Below the pieces are notes generated by a model, which saw only the letters and a list, made by a program, of their open reading frames with translations, searched no databases and was not told the DNA's origin. From positions 1,472,001-1,536,000 of the forward strand of contig CAVSGO010000007.1 of NCBI GenBank assembly GCA_963727525.1: DNA of 64,000 nucleotides, read 5' to 3'. The translations under genes were made by a program, and so were the position numbers. The DNA is from an uncultured bacterium (GTDB lineage: Bacteria; Krumholzibacteriota; Krumholzibacteriia; LZORAL124-64-63). Below, piece by piece: positions 20,601 through 28,639 of this stretch (position 1 is the first letter of the stretch; every line of letters begins with the position of its first letter).

Positions 20601-21037
20601 CCGGGAAAGTTGAGGCCGGAGTTCTTGATCGCCGTGGTCTTGCCGATGGCCGGCGGACCGATGATCAGGTACCACGGCAGGGTATAGAGCGCCTTCTTGC
20701 CCTGCGGGCCCTGCTTCAGGAGCGCCAGCGCCTCCGCGAGATTGCGCTGCAGAGCTTCCACGTTGGATCGGTTCGCCGGCGCGGCCTGCTCGACGCCCGC
20801 CTGGGCCTGGCCCATGATCCCGTCCTCGATCGCCTTGGCGCGCCGCCGTTCCACCATCCACTTCACACCGAGGAACACGGCCCAGGCCACGATCACGACG
20901 ACGACGGCCAGCACGATGGCCCAGCGCGGGATCACGCGCAGGAAGGGGAACCGCGCCCGCGCCATCATGAGGGCGATGACGATGACCAGGAGCACTCCGA
21001 AGGGAGCGAGGGTCTTCTTGAGGATCGCGAAGAACAT
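17648..21037 (-). CDS. tssM: T6SS membrane complex protein TssM (IcmF)
   Basis: Two N-terminal TMs, LYTLPWYLIIGPPAIGKTT, CDWWFSSDAILLDTAGRY, PVYVLFTKCDLVAGF, FRGTYFSSG, third TM. Confidence 0.95.
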   Translation of the reverse strand: MFFAILKKTLAPFGVLLVIVIALMMARARFPFLRVIPRWAIVLAVVVVIVAWAVFLGVKWMVERRRAKAIEDGIMGQAQAGVEQAAPANRSNVEALQRNLAEALALLKQGPQGKKALYTLPWYLIIGPPAIGKTTAIKNSGLNFPGMTTAKLMRGSGGTRNCDWWFSSDAILLDTAGRYAEGVDRSETEAEWFAFLDMLKTYRKHGPIDGLILAYSMEDLYEKDEMALINSARDLRQRMDEILDRLGWNFPVYVLFTKCDLVAGFAEYFERLSPVDRYQVWGAVYTPKPEGDQDAAVRFAGEFDLLIANLRAMRPGRMSAVSRSENWGRVFMFPEEYGNLKDRLVLFVETLFEANPYRRDVPIFRGTYFSSGMQEGKPFDLVVRKIHEMLGARADASAVAEQEPKDDAYFVRDLFAKVLKTDRDLVRLTSVSARKRSRLALFVSAGFLALGLLGCVWIGTSYVRLRTRMDRTQHIAEELMEPSSQATPVEELTRLDTLRERIQGSWRSFPLIVTDAVHRAAQDVYYRAITERILGPAERAIASDLDGSGGLPASKVRSALRTELMLLMPAKHDAIGWDAADLAAGLRPYILNGQESSKAIDRELKAMAAEFLALERPLPGLERSRELGRGARRLSDTHETQEFFRGIIVGASQEQDDLTLSALVPGQDILAASEDVRFGYSRDGWREYVGREIRNVKDTVDADNAIITLAGGEPTGRVPSADDLLSLYMVGYVQEWTRFLDSVRLARSYESCDDYDQDLRKLKSTSESPLFRMLRQAASAADPLAGGLDKGATQPEAIKSIAKQLEPLTTLFASPEGSEQTPAGKYGDLLADVQSEVYACKEGGTTPKQNAVLDAKNWVENFEADRKGQLAAAISGLLETPLDTASRVIVAHSRSARQRDLQQHWTDTYRLYAEQLAPYYPFRIGGKNADPMDVIGLLGPNGKMAAFHSFMVGNGGNPGRRANAVIEKAQDLQKDLRMTDSGFQARFTLMARGVRSDGTPRGDANWRKIDKVVLTINGGELVDYMNKREKSYTWRSDDPDLTCGLALQRSNPPETVASLQFKESVWDICKLFDAADQIDAQNAVRVVTWTFPDQGVAVEFTLTPFEDVDPFFLRGSIFRSFSIQESVSQ

Positions 21038-21038
21038 C

Positions 21039-21719
21039 CTAATCCCCCCCCAGCGCCCGTACGATGTGCGCCGCGTGCCGGTCCAGCAGGTTCCAGCTCA
21101 GGAGCCAGAGCACGATCGGCACGAGTACGGAAACGAGCACCACCGCGGGCCAGGGAAACCGTTTGATCGGCTGCAGGCGTCCGCCCTCGGGCACTGGCAG
21201 CCCGTCCGGCGCAAGGACGGACATCCGGGTGCCGATCTCGTGGGACAGCTCGTTGACGAGGTCGGCGTGCTCGCGTTCGGATTCGATGAGGCGCCCCCGG
21301 AAACCGGAGATCAGGCAGTAGTAGAACACCTCCACGACCTCGAGACGAGGCGGCACCGCCCGGCGCACTTCCGCGAGCTTGTCGAAGAAGCCGTCGCCGA
21401 CGAACTCGTCGTTGCAGTAGTGCTTGGCCAGAGCATCCGCCTGCCATTCGCCGCGACCGTTCCACGTCGCCGTGAGCAACGTCTCGTCGATGAAGGCCGC
21501 CATGGCGTAGCTTGCGTCGCGGATGTCGTCATCAGCCACACCCTCGTCGCGAGCCTGGCTGCGAAACTCGTGGAACATCCGATCGACGGATCGCCGCAGA
21601 TCGGGGAAGCCGTCGAGATCGTGGCTGCGCTTGAGGACGATCGCCAGGGAGAGGAGCGAGGCCGCACTCCGGGCTAGCCGGCCCTGCCGCTGTACGTCGC
21701 GCTGTGGAGTCGAACTCAT
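21039..21719 (-). CDS. tssL: T6SS TssL (DotU), no OmpA domain
   Basis: ASYAMAAFIDE, GDGFFDKL, EVFYYCLISGFRG, C-terminal TM. Confidence 0.93.
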   Translation of the reverse strand: MSSTPQRDVQRQGRLARSAASLLSLAIVLKRSHDLDGFPDLRRSVDRMFHEFRSQARDEGVADDDIRDASYAMAAFIDETLLTATWNGRGEWQADALAKHYCNDEFVGDGFFDKLAEVRRAVPPRLEVVEVFYYCLISGFRGRLIESEREHADLVNELSHEIGTRMSVLAPDGLPVPEGGRLQPIKRFPWPAVVLVSVLVPIVLWLLSWNLLDRHAAHIVRALGGD

Positions 21720-23104
21720 GCGCCTCCCTCCAGCCCGAGCAGCTCGAACTGCGCTGCCAGGAGATTCCGCGGGATGTCCATCGCCAGCGCTCGGCCCGCC
21801 GCGATGGCTTCCCAGTCCTTCTGCGCCTCGGCCGTGCTGCCGCGGGTGTCGAGCTGATAGTACCACGTGTTCCGGCGGCGCGGGATCGCCGGCGGCGGCA
21901 CCGTCACCAGCTGCAGCGGCAGTCCGCGCAGATTCATGCTGAGCTTCTGCTCGATTCGATCTGGACTCGCCACGATGATGCGCTTCGCGCTCTCCAGGAC
22001 ATCGCGTTCCCCGATGCTCTCGCTAGCGATCGAGAGATAGAGCCCCGCCGTGGGTTGCAGGAGCGCGTCCTTCTCGATCTGCGCCTGGAATCGGCCCTCG
22101 CCCGTCGTCGTGAGCGGGATCACGACATAGCCGTGGCTCGCCCCGCTCTCCAGCAGCTCCACGATCATCCGCTGCAGTTCCGCGAAGACCGGCCCCGCAT
22201 CCTCGTGCACGTACGCGGGCACGTCGCGCGGATGCATGCGGCGCGCATTGAACGTCGCGAGCTGCCCCACGAGGCCGGCGAGCGTCCGGTAGAGCTGCTC
22301 CGGATGGGCGGCCGGCGTCTCCCGCAGATGCGCGAGATGCGGGATGGCGCCGTTGACCACGAGGAACCGCAGGAACTCCCGGAGATTGGCCGGCGTGATG
22401 TCGCGCCCATCGGCGCCACCCTCCGTGAAGCGCTCCGCCAGGCCGGAGGAGCGCACCACCAACCGCTCGAGCAGCGCCCGCGTCAGATGCACCAGATGCG
22501 CCGAGCCTTCGATCGCGAGCAGCGGCGGCACGTAGTCATCGACGAGCTGAAAGCCGCCGGCGGCGCTCTTCGCCACCCGAGCGATGCGCAGGCACTCGAA
22601 ATTGTCGCGCGACTCGACGCCCGTGAGCAGACGGAGGTTCAGCTCCGCGCGCTGGATCGTCCGCTCGTCGCGTCCGGTGTTCTCGTCCTCGATCGCGAAA
22701 GCCTTGGCGAGGTAGCGCACCTCGGCTCGATCCTCGGAGGCATCCTCGGCGAGCCGGCAGTTCGGCCAGCCGGTGCGCCGCAGGGGCAGGCCGAGATACA
22801 CGTCGAGAGAGTCCATCCGTAAATCGAAGGAATCCCGTATGTCGATGCTCGGCGGCGCCGGATCGATGTCTGGAAAGCACACCGAGGTCCCGCCGGGCAT
22901 CACGCCGCGGCACGAGAGCACGCGCAACGTACCCGAGGCCAGGCCCTCGGGATCGATCTCCAGCGAGCGCACGCCCCACGGATGGGGAGAACCCAGCGCC
23001 GCCCGCTCCGCCAGCTCGTATTGCTGGAAGAGCCCGGCCTGCTGGAAGTGATGGGGCGTGAGAAAGAGTCCCTCGCTCCAGAGAATCCGATGGAACCGAG
23101 CCAT
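21716..23104 (-). CDS. tssK: T6SS baseplate subunit TssK
   Basis: ILWSEGLFLTPHHFQQ, DYVPPLL, HPEQLY..L. Confidence 0.95.
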   Translation of the reverse strand: MARFHRILWSEGLFLTPHHFQQAGLFQQYELAERAALGSPHPWGVRSLEIDPEGLASGTLRVLSCRGVMPGGTSVCFPDIDPAPPSIDIRDSFDLRMDSLDVYLGLPLRRTGWPNCRLAEDASEDRAEVRYLAKAFAIEDENTGRDERTIQRAELNLRLLTGVESRDNFECLRIARVAKSAAGGFQLVDDYVPPLLAIEGSAHLVHLTRALLERLVVRSSGLAERFTEGGADGRDITPANLREFLRFLVVNGAIPHLAHLRETPAAHPEQLYRTLAGLVGQLATFNARRMHPRDVPAYVHEDAGPVFAELQRMIVELLESGASHGYVVIPLTTTGEGRFQAQIEKDALLQPTAGLYLSIASESIGERDVLESAKRIIVASPDRIEQKLSMNLRGLPLQLVTVPPPAIPRRRNTWYYQLDTRGSTAEAQKDWEAIAAGRALAMDIPRNLLAAQFELLGLEGGA

Positions 23105-23152
23105 GCCGAGGGCCTCCTGTCCGATGCCGACCGCGTACCGCCGAATCCGTGC

Positions 23153-23614
23153 TCAGTCCTGGGTCACCACGATGCAATCGTCGAGCACCCTCACGCCGAT
23201 CTTCAGCTTGGCGCCGTCCTCGACCGGAATCTTGGTGCGCGCGCAGGGTTTGGCGTCGGCAAAACCCGCGGCGATGACGATCCACCGGATCTGCGGGTCG
23301 TAGTTGCTCATGTCGATCATATGCGCCTGATCACCTGGATAGAGCGGGAACACTTCCTTGTGGACGATGCCCGGCTGCGAGACGCCGTTCGGGTCGGCGA
23401 GCTGGATGTTGTCGATGTTGTTGAGTGCGGATTCCTGGCTGAGGAAATAGGCACCGACCCAGGCCGGCTGGTTCAGATCCGCAGGTCGATCCAGGTTGAT
23501 GCGGATGTAACGGCCGCCACACCCGGCCAGCCCCAGCAGGCAGACGCCAAGCAGGCAGAGTCGAAGCCGACACGCGGCCGCACGACGCCCCTCATTCATA
23601 CTGACTCCCGGCAT
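23153..23614 (-). CDS. Lipoprotein, probable divergent TssJ
   Basis: Lipobox LAGC after a hydrophobic stretch; directly upstream of tssK; size and the DLN...V..Y.L...LYPG...WIVIAAGF pattern resemble TssJ. Confidence 0.65.
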   Translation of the reverse strand: MPGVSMNEGRRAAACRLRLCLLGVCLLGLAGCGGRYIRINLDRPADLNQPAWVGAYFLSQESALNNIDNIQLADPNGVSQPGIVHKEVFPLYPGDQAHMIDMSNYDPQIRWIVIAAGFADAKPCARTKIPVEDGAKLKIGVRVLDDCIVVTQD

Positions 23615-24498
23615 CAAGGCTCCTCCTCCATCTTGTCGCGGTAGGCACGCTCGAACCGACCACGGTAGTAATGGTCGATATTGCGATCGAACTGATTCCA
23701 GAACTCCTCGAAGCGTCGTTCCAGCTCCTTGACCATGGCAGGGTACTTCAGGATGCTCGTCTTCGCCGACTTCGGGTCGAGGTGCTCGAGGACTTCGCGG
23801 GTGCCGCCCTTCCACGACTGCTGCGCTCCGGCCATCAGCGCGCCGGGCAGGATCTGCAGCAACCGTAGCTGCCGCTGCACCGCGTCCATCTCCTGCCGGG
23901 AAAGCGCCTCGCCCGCCGCCAGACGGGGCAAGAGTGTCCCCAGGCTCCGCTGCGCATCGCTCGGCGAGCCCTTCCCGACGGTGTCCTGAACGGACCTCGC
24001 CGTCACCTCCTGGTTGAAGGCGAAGGCGAAGAGGAGCACCGCGACATCGACCAACATGCCCTGCGCGGCCGGCGACAGGTCCCTGGTCCGGGGCGCGCCA
24101 GCGCCATCGCGGGACGGCAACGGACCGGCGGCGGCGCCCGCGAGGCGTGCCATGTGGTCGTCGGCGAGGGCCCCCCGTTGCTGGAGCCGGTCGCGTTGCG
24201 CCGTGAGCTGCGCCACCTGGTCCTCGAGCGCGGCCAGGCGCTCCGTCATGTCCTGGTTCGAGCGATCCGTCTCGAAGACCCGGTCGGGGAACCGGTCGCG
24301 CAGCTTGCGCACCAGCTCGTGGATCTCGTCCCGGGTGAGACCCGCCGCATGCTCGTGGATGGCCAGGCGCAGCACAGCCTTGCGCTGGTCCTCGGTTGCG
24401 AACTCGCTGCTCCCCAGGACGGCACGCAGTTTCTGCGCCAGCGACCTGACGGTGAGACCGCGCTCGGCGGCCGTCCGCATTGCTGTCACCGTCTTCAT
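23614..24498 (-). CDS. Coiled-coil protein ending in a TagH/Fha C-terminal-like domain, lacking FHA
   Basis: C-terminal ALMAGAQQ...EVLEHLDP...RFEEFWNQF...RGRFERAYRDKM resembles the A.MAG...LL.RFDP...F..AYE.Q tail of T6SS Fha; translationally coupled to both neighbours. Confidence 0.65.
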   Translation of the reverse strand: MKTVTAMRTAAERGLTVRSLAQKLRAVLGSSEFATEDQRKAVLRLAIHEHAAGLTRDEIHELVRKLRDRFPDRVFETDRSNQDMTERLAALEDQVAQLTAQRDRLQQRGALADDHMARLAGAAAGPLPSRDGAGAPRTRDLSPAAQGMLVDVAVLLFAFAFNQEVTARSVQDTVGKGSPSDAQRSLGTLLPRLAAGEALSRQEMDAVQRQLRLLQILPGALMAGAQQSWKGGTREVLEHLDPKSAKTSILKYPAMVKELERRFEEFWNQFDRNIDHYYRGRFERAYRDKMEEEP

Positions 24499-26717
24499 CA
24501 CGGCTTGGCCTCCCGGGGTGGGAACACCATCGTCTGGTCGAGATTGTCGGGCATGGTCCGGGTCTGGCCCGACCGGGCGGCTTCCTCGAGGTCGGCGAGG
24601 AAGTCGTCGCACACCGCCTGCACGCTCGCATTTCTACCCGCCGACCCGATCAGCGAACCGCGCGCGCGCTCGGCGAGTTCCTCGAGTTCCTGCACCACCG
24701 TCTGCAACGGTTGCGCCGGGTCGGCCGGATCGAAGTCGTCCTGCGCGCCACAGATGCTCCAGCCCGCCACGTTCGACGCCATGCGCAGGGCGAGCAGGAG
24801 CGCATCATTCCAGAGGCTCGCCGGGATGGCGGCGTCGACGGCGTCGCGATCGATGGCCCGGTACAAGACCTCGCGCGCGCCGGACGCGATCCCGGCCGAC
24901 TGCAGGGCCGCCTGCAGCCGCGCATACTCCGCGCTCACCCCACCGCCGCCCGGGGTGGCCACCGCAACGGCGAGCTCGCCTGCCAGGCGCGTGTCCACCT
25001 GGCTCAGATCCTGACCGTCGTTCGCCAGGAGGACCCGCAGCATCACCAGGCCCAGGCTCATGACGTCGGCCGGCGCCGCGAAGACATGCACCAGGGTCAC
25101 CTCGACGTTGGTCGACGTCGCGAGGTCGGTCGACTTCAACGCGGCGCACGTATCCGCGGACAGGGCGCCCGCCGTGCCGGTGAACCGAAAGCCTCCGGCG
25201 ACCGACGCCGTCTTGCGGCCAGAAAACACGATGCGCTGGTTGGCCGCGGACCCGACCACGAGCACCACGCGCACGAGATCGCGATTTCCATGGTCGGCGG
25301 CGCGATAGAGATCCGGAGCCGTCAGCCGCGCGGTGAACTGCGCGCGCCACTTGCCGGACGTCTCCTTCACATCAAGGTTCTCGAGCGCGAGGCGCATCGA
25401 GAGATGCTCGATCTGCGGCCGCCCCATCGCGGCGGGCAGGTAGGCTTCGGGGCACGGATAGGGAAGCCCGGCGACACCTGGTTCGCCCTCGATGCGATCG
25501 ACATCCAGCTCGAGGGGCCGCGCCGTGGTGAGCAGGTCTGCGATCTCCACCGCCAGCCCCCAGCGCACCGGTACGATGGCCGGACCGGGCAAGAGCCGGG
25601 CGCGCAGACGATCGGGCGTGAGGGCCAGATGCGGGTCGCCCGTCGCCTCCAGCAAGTCCTGCGCGCCGCGCGCGAGATCGGTCATGGCCGCCAGCTTGAG
25701 GTAGAGCGCCTCCAGGGCCGATAGACCGGTGGCGTCGCCCTCGAAGTAGACCTGACGACCGGCCTCCCCGAACGCAGCCAGCGCCTCGCGCCGCAGCGGC
25801 ACGTCGCGCGCGGATTCTCGCGTGGCGTCGTTCAACCCGTCCGGATCGGCACCGCCGAGGAACGCCACCGCCTCGTGGAACCCGAGGGGCGCGGGCTCCA
25901 GGGGAATCCAGTGGAAATCGTAGTAGGCGAGCGGAAAGAGCAGATCCTCCGCCGGCACGCGATCGTCGACGTGACGGTTCGCGGGATAGCACGCCGCCCG
26001 ATGTTCGCACCGGAAGCACGGATGCCGCTCGGCCGCATCCTCGCGCGCCGCCGCTTCGGAACCCGCGATGACGGCACCGAGATCCCGGTACAGCTCCGAT
26101 CGCCGCCGCACCGAGATGCCGTCGGCGATTCGCTCGAACCGCCGCAGCGAGAACGTGTAGAACACGGGCGCGCGGCCCTTCCCCTGGGAGCACGTCGGAC
26201 AGGTCAGGAACCGCACGAGGCCGTTCTCGTACGACGGCAAGCCGCTGCGCCGCAGGAGATTCTCGTCGCGGCAGGTGTGCATGACACCGAGGCACGCCGG
26301 GCAGAGGGGCGTGATGTACGCGCCGGTCTTGCGGCACCACGCCAGCGGCGCATGGCTCGGCAAGTCGCCATCGCTCGCCGAGGCCGGCAAGGCCCGCCTC
26401 TCGAGCTGCGCGACGGAGCGCGATGCGGTGCGCTGGTAGCGGCGGAACCCCTCCCGCCAGATGCGCTCGATGGAGAGGTTTCCGATAGCCGGCGAGCCCG
26501 CGGTACGCGACCCCGGGTACTCGTTCGGCTCCATCAGGATCGTGACGTGCGGCACGAACACCCGACCGTCCACCTCCACCGACGCGAGATAGGCGCGCAG
26601 CGGATGAGCGTCGGCCAGCAGGCGGATGAAGGGATCCGTCGGCATGGACCCATCCGCGGCAGAATCGGCCCGGACGTGCAACCGGATGGGCGAGGGAAAA
26701 TCCTTGTCGGCAGGCAT
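24498..26717 (-). CDS. Cys-rich (Zn-ribbon) protein with degenerate kinase-like C-lobe motifs
   Basis: About 739 aa; WCRKT..LCPAC..TCRD, CPTC, HPCFRCEHRAAC; DPHLALTPDRL and PADVMSLGLVMLRVLL; first gene of the tss operon; alternative start at 26750. Confidence 0.7.
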   Translation of the reverse strand: MPADKDFPSPIRLHVRADSAADGSMPTDPFIRLLADAHPLRAYLASVEVDGRVFVPHVTILMEPNEYPGSRTAGSPAIGNLSIERIWREGFRRYQRTASRSVAQLERRALPASASDGDLPSHAPLAWCRKTGAYITPLCPACLGVMHTCRDENLLRRSGLPSYENGLVRFLTCPTCSQGKGRAPVFYTFSLRRFERIADGISVRRRSELYRDLGAVIAGSEAAAREDAAERHPCFRCEHRAACYPANRHVDDRVPAEDLLFPLAYYDFHWIPLEPAPLGFHEAVAFLGGADPDGLNDATRESARDVPLRREALAAFGEAGRQVYFEGDATGLSALEALYLKLAAMTDLARGAQDLLEATGDPHLALTPDRLRARLLPGPAIVPVRWGLAVEIADLLTTARPLELDVDRIEGEPGVAGLPYPCPEAYLPAAMGRPQIEHLSMRLALENLDVKETSGKWRAQFTARLTAPDLYRAADHGNRDLVRVVLVVGSAANQRIVFSGRKTASVAGGFRFTGTAGALSADTCAALKSTDLATSTNVEVTLVHVFAAPADVMSLGLVMLRVLLANDGQDLSQVDTRLAGELAVAVATPGGGGVSAEYARLQAALQSAGIASGAREVLYRAIDRDAVDAAIPASLWNDALLLALRMASNVAGWSICGAQDDFDPADPAQPLQTVVQELEELAERARGSLIGSAGRNASVQAVCDDFLADLEEAARSGQTRTMPDNLDQTMVFPPREAKP

Positions 26718-26985
26718 GGAGCTCCCGGAGATAACGGCACCAAGGCGCATGCGCGCGCAACCGGAGACGGATAGCGAGATTAGAACAAACGAAGACTGGA
26801 CCCGTCAAGGGGCCAGGCGGATCGATGACGGGCGACCCGAAACGGAGCGTCGCGAAGCCAAGCGCGCCATTTCCTGGGAGTTGCAACCGCTCCATCGTGG
26901 CGATACACTGGGGCGGGGTCGTGTCATGCTCGGGACATCGACGGCATGCACCGCGACGAACGGGTCCACATCAGGGGCGGGTACC

Positions 26986-27609
26986 ATGGACGGTGACGAT
27001 CGCTTCCCCACTCCGCCGTCTCCCCAACGAGACGATCCGGACTCGACCCACGTGAATGCGCCGGGACCGCTGGAACCCGTCGAGCCACCCCAGGCTGCGC
27101 CCGCGGTCCCGCCCGTGCTCGGCGTGGTCGTCATCTATTCCGAAACCCACGAATCGGCGGCCGAGAACGACACGCGGCTCGGCTGCGTGTATCCACTACG
27201 CGAGGGCGAGGTTCTCGCCGTGGGCCGCACTCCGGTCCCGAAGAACGTGACGCGAAGCGACGGCGACACCGTCGCTCCCACCCACCGCCATGTCTTCCCG
27301 CACGGGGAACCATTCCGGTGCGTCTCGCGGTTACACGTCACGATCGAGTTGCAGCCCGGCGGCAAGGCCATCCTGGCGGATCACTCGCGATACGGGATCT
27401 ACCTGGAGAACGCCGAGACCTGGCACCGCCTCCCCGCCACCGAGAAGACGGCCGTGCACACCATCACCGAGCCTGAACATGTGGTGCTCATGGATCTCGA
27501 GGGCAAACCGGCCCGGCCCGACCTCGCCGATCGCCGCAGCCACTACCGCCTCTCGATCCTGCACTTCGCCTGGCTCGGCGCCGGTGCGCGCCAGGAGGCG
27601 CATTCATGA
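26986..27609 (+). CDS. FHA-domain protein with Pro-rich N-terminus
   Basis: YPLREGEVLAVGR, VSRLHVTI and ILADHSRYGIYL correspond to the FHA GR, SxxH and D.S.NG motifs. Confidence 0.75.
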   Translation: MDGDDRFPTPPSPQRDDPDSTHVNAPGPLEPVEPPQAAPAVPPVLGVVVIYSETHESAAENDTRLGCVYPLREGEVLAVGRTPVPKNVTRSDGDTVAPTHRHVFPHGEPFRCVSRLHVTIELQPGGKAILADHSRYGIYLENAETWHRLPATEKTAVHTITEPEHVVLMDLEGKPARPDLADRRSHYRLSILHFAWLGAGARQEAHS

Positions 27610-28148
27610 GATGTTCCGCCTGCTATGCCGAGAATCCCCCGTGGGCCACGATCTGCACGGACTGTGGCAAAGCCGTACTGCGCCTCGAGTTCTGCGCGGG
27701 CGGCCACCTCCTGCCGCCCGGAGCCCAGGAATGCCCCGTCTGCCCGCACCTGTGGCCCGAGGTCACCGCATTCGACGGCGCACCTCTCCTGCGGGGGATC
27801 CTCCTGGTTGAGAAGGGGCGGCTGACGAACGCCGACGACCCGGCCGATTACCTGCCCTACGTCGAGATCCGCGATCGCGAGCAACCGCTCGTACTGACGC
27901 ACGCACCCAATGAGCAGGTCACGATCGCCAATGACGACGCCGCCGGAACCTGCCGCGTCCTGATGCGGCCGGAGGGCGTGCAGGTCTGCGGTGCCGGCTT
28001 CGCGCACGAGCACGCGGGCCCACGCGTCTACAAGGCGCTCGGGCCGGACGACACCTTCGTTCTCGGGACCACCACGTTCCGCCACATCGCGTTCGACCCG
28101 CCCGCCTGGTCGGTGAAACTGGCGGAGAGTCGGCACCCGGACGGCTGA
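27606..28148 (+). CDS. Double zinc-ribbon protein with degenerate FHA-like C-terminus
   Basis: CSAC..N.....CTDCG, C.GGH...CPVC; C-terminal LGPDDTFVLGTTTF resembles the last FHA strands; ATGA overlap with the upstream FHA gene. Confidence 0.65.
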   Translation: MRCSACYAENPPWATICTDCGKAVLRLEFCAGGHLLPPGAQECPVCPHLWPEVTAFDGAPLLRGILLVEKGRLTNADDPADYLPYVEIRDREQPLVLTHAPNEQVTIANDDAAGTCRVLMRPEGVQVCGAGFAHEHAGPRVYKALGPDDTFVLGTTTFRHIAFDPPAWSVKLAESRHPDG

Positions 28149-28164
28149 GCAACCCGTCGCCGGG

Positions 28165-28608
28165 TCATGCCTCGTCGTCGCGCCGCTCAACGAGTGGCAG
28201 CAGCCGCGAATCCTCCAGCGCCGCTTGCCGGTGCCCCATCCCCGCCAGATACGCCTCGTTCGTCGCGAAGGCCAGGAAGTCCTGCGCACTGCGCTGACGC
28301 ACCAGCATCGCCGCGTCCCACCGTTCGGTGTCGGGCCCGATCAACCAGGGTCCGCCGTCGCCGAAAAATACGAGTTCCCCGCCCGACGCCTCCAGGAACG
28401 GCCGCGTGTGCGCCATGTACCGCGCATAGGCCTGCGCCCCGGTGATCGGCTCTGCCGGCGCCAGGTGCGGTGTCGCCGTGTAGTCGGCCACGGCGCGAAA
28501 ACGCAGCAGGTTCAGCATCACCACCTGCCCCTGTAGCCCCCGTGAGAAGAATGCACGCCCGGCCGTCGCGGTCGGTTCGATATAACGTAGCTCGTCATGG
28601 TCAGTCAT
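28165..28608 (-). CDS. DUF1330-like dimeric alpha/beta-barrel protein
   Basis: VVMLNLLRFR, TGAQAYARY, WDAAMLVR, HRQAALEDSRL. Confidence 0.8.
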   Translation of the reverse strand: MTDHDELRYIEPTATAGRAFFSRGLQGQVVMLNLLRFRAVADYTATPHLAPAEPITGAQAYARYMAHTRPFLEASGGELVFFGDGGPWLIGPDTERWDAAMLVRQRSAQDFLAFATNEAYLAGMGHRQAALEDSRLLPLVERRDDEA

Positions 28609-28639
28609 CACGCCTCCTCGATCGTGGTGCCGGCGCCAA

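Noticed and set aside
26777-26808. sigma70 promoter for the pseudokinase-tssJKLM operon (TTGACG...TAATCT)
   Set aside because: The spacer is 20 nt, too long to call with confidence; no clear sigma54 -24/-12 motif either
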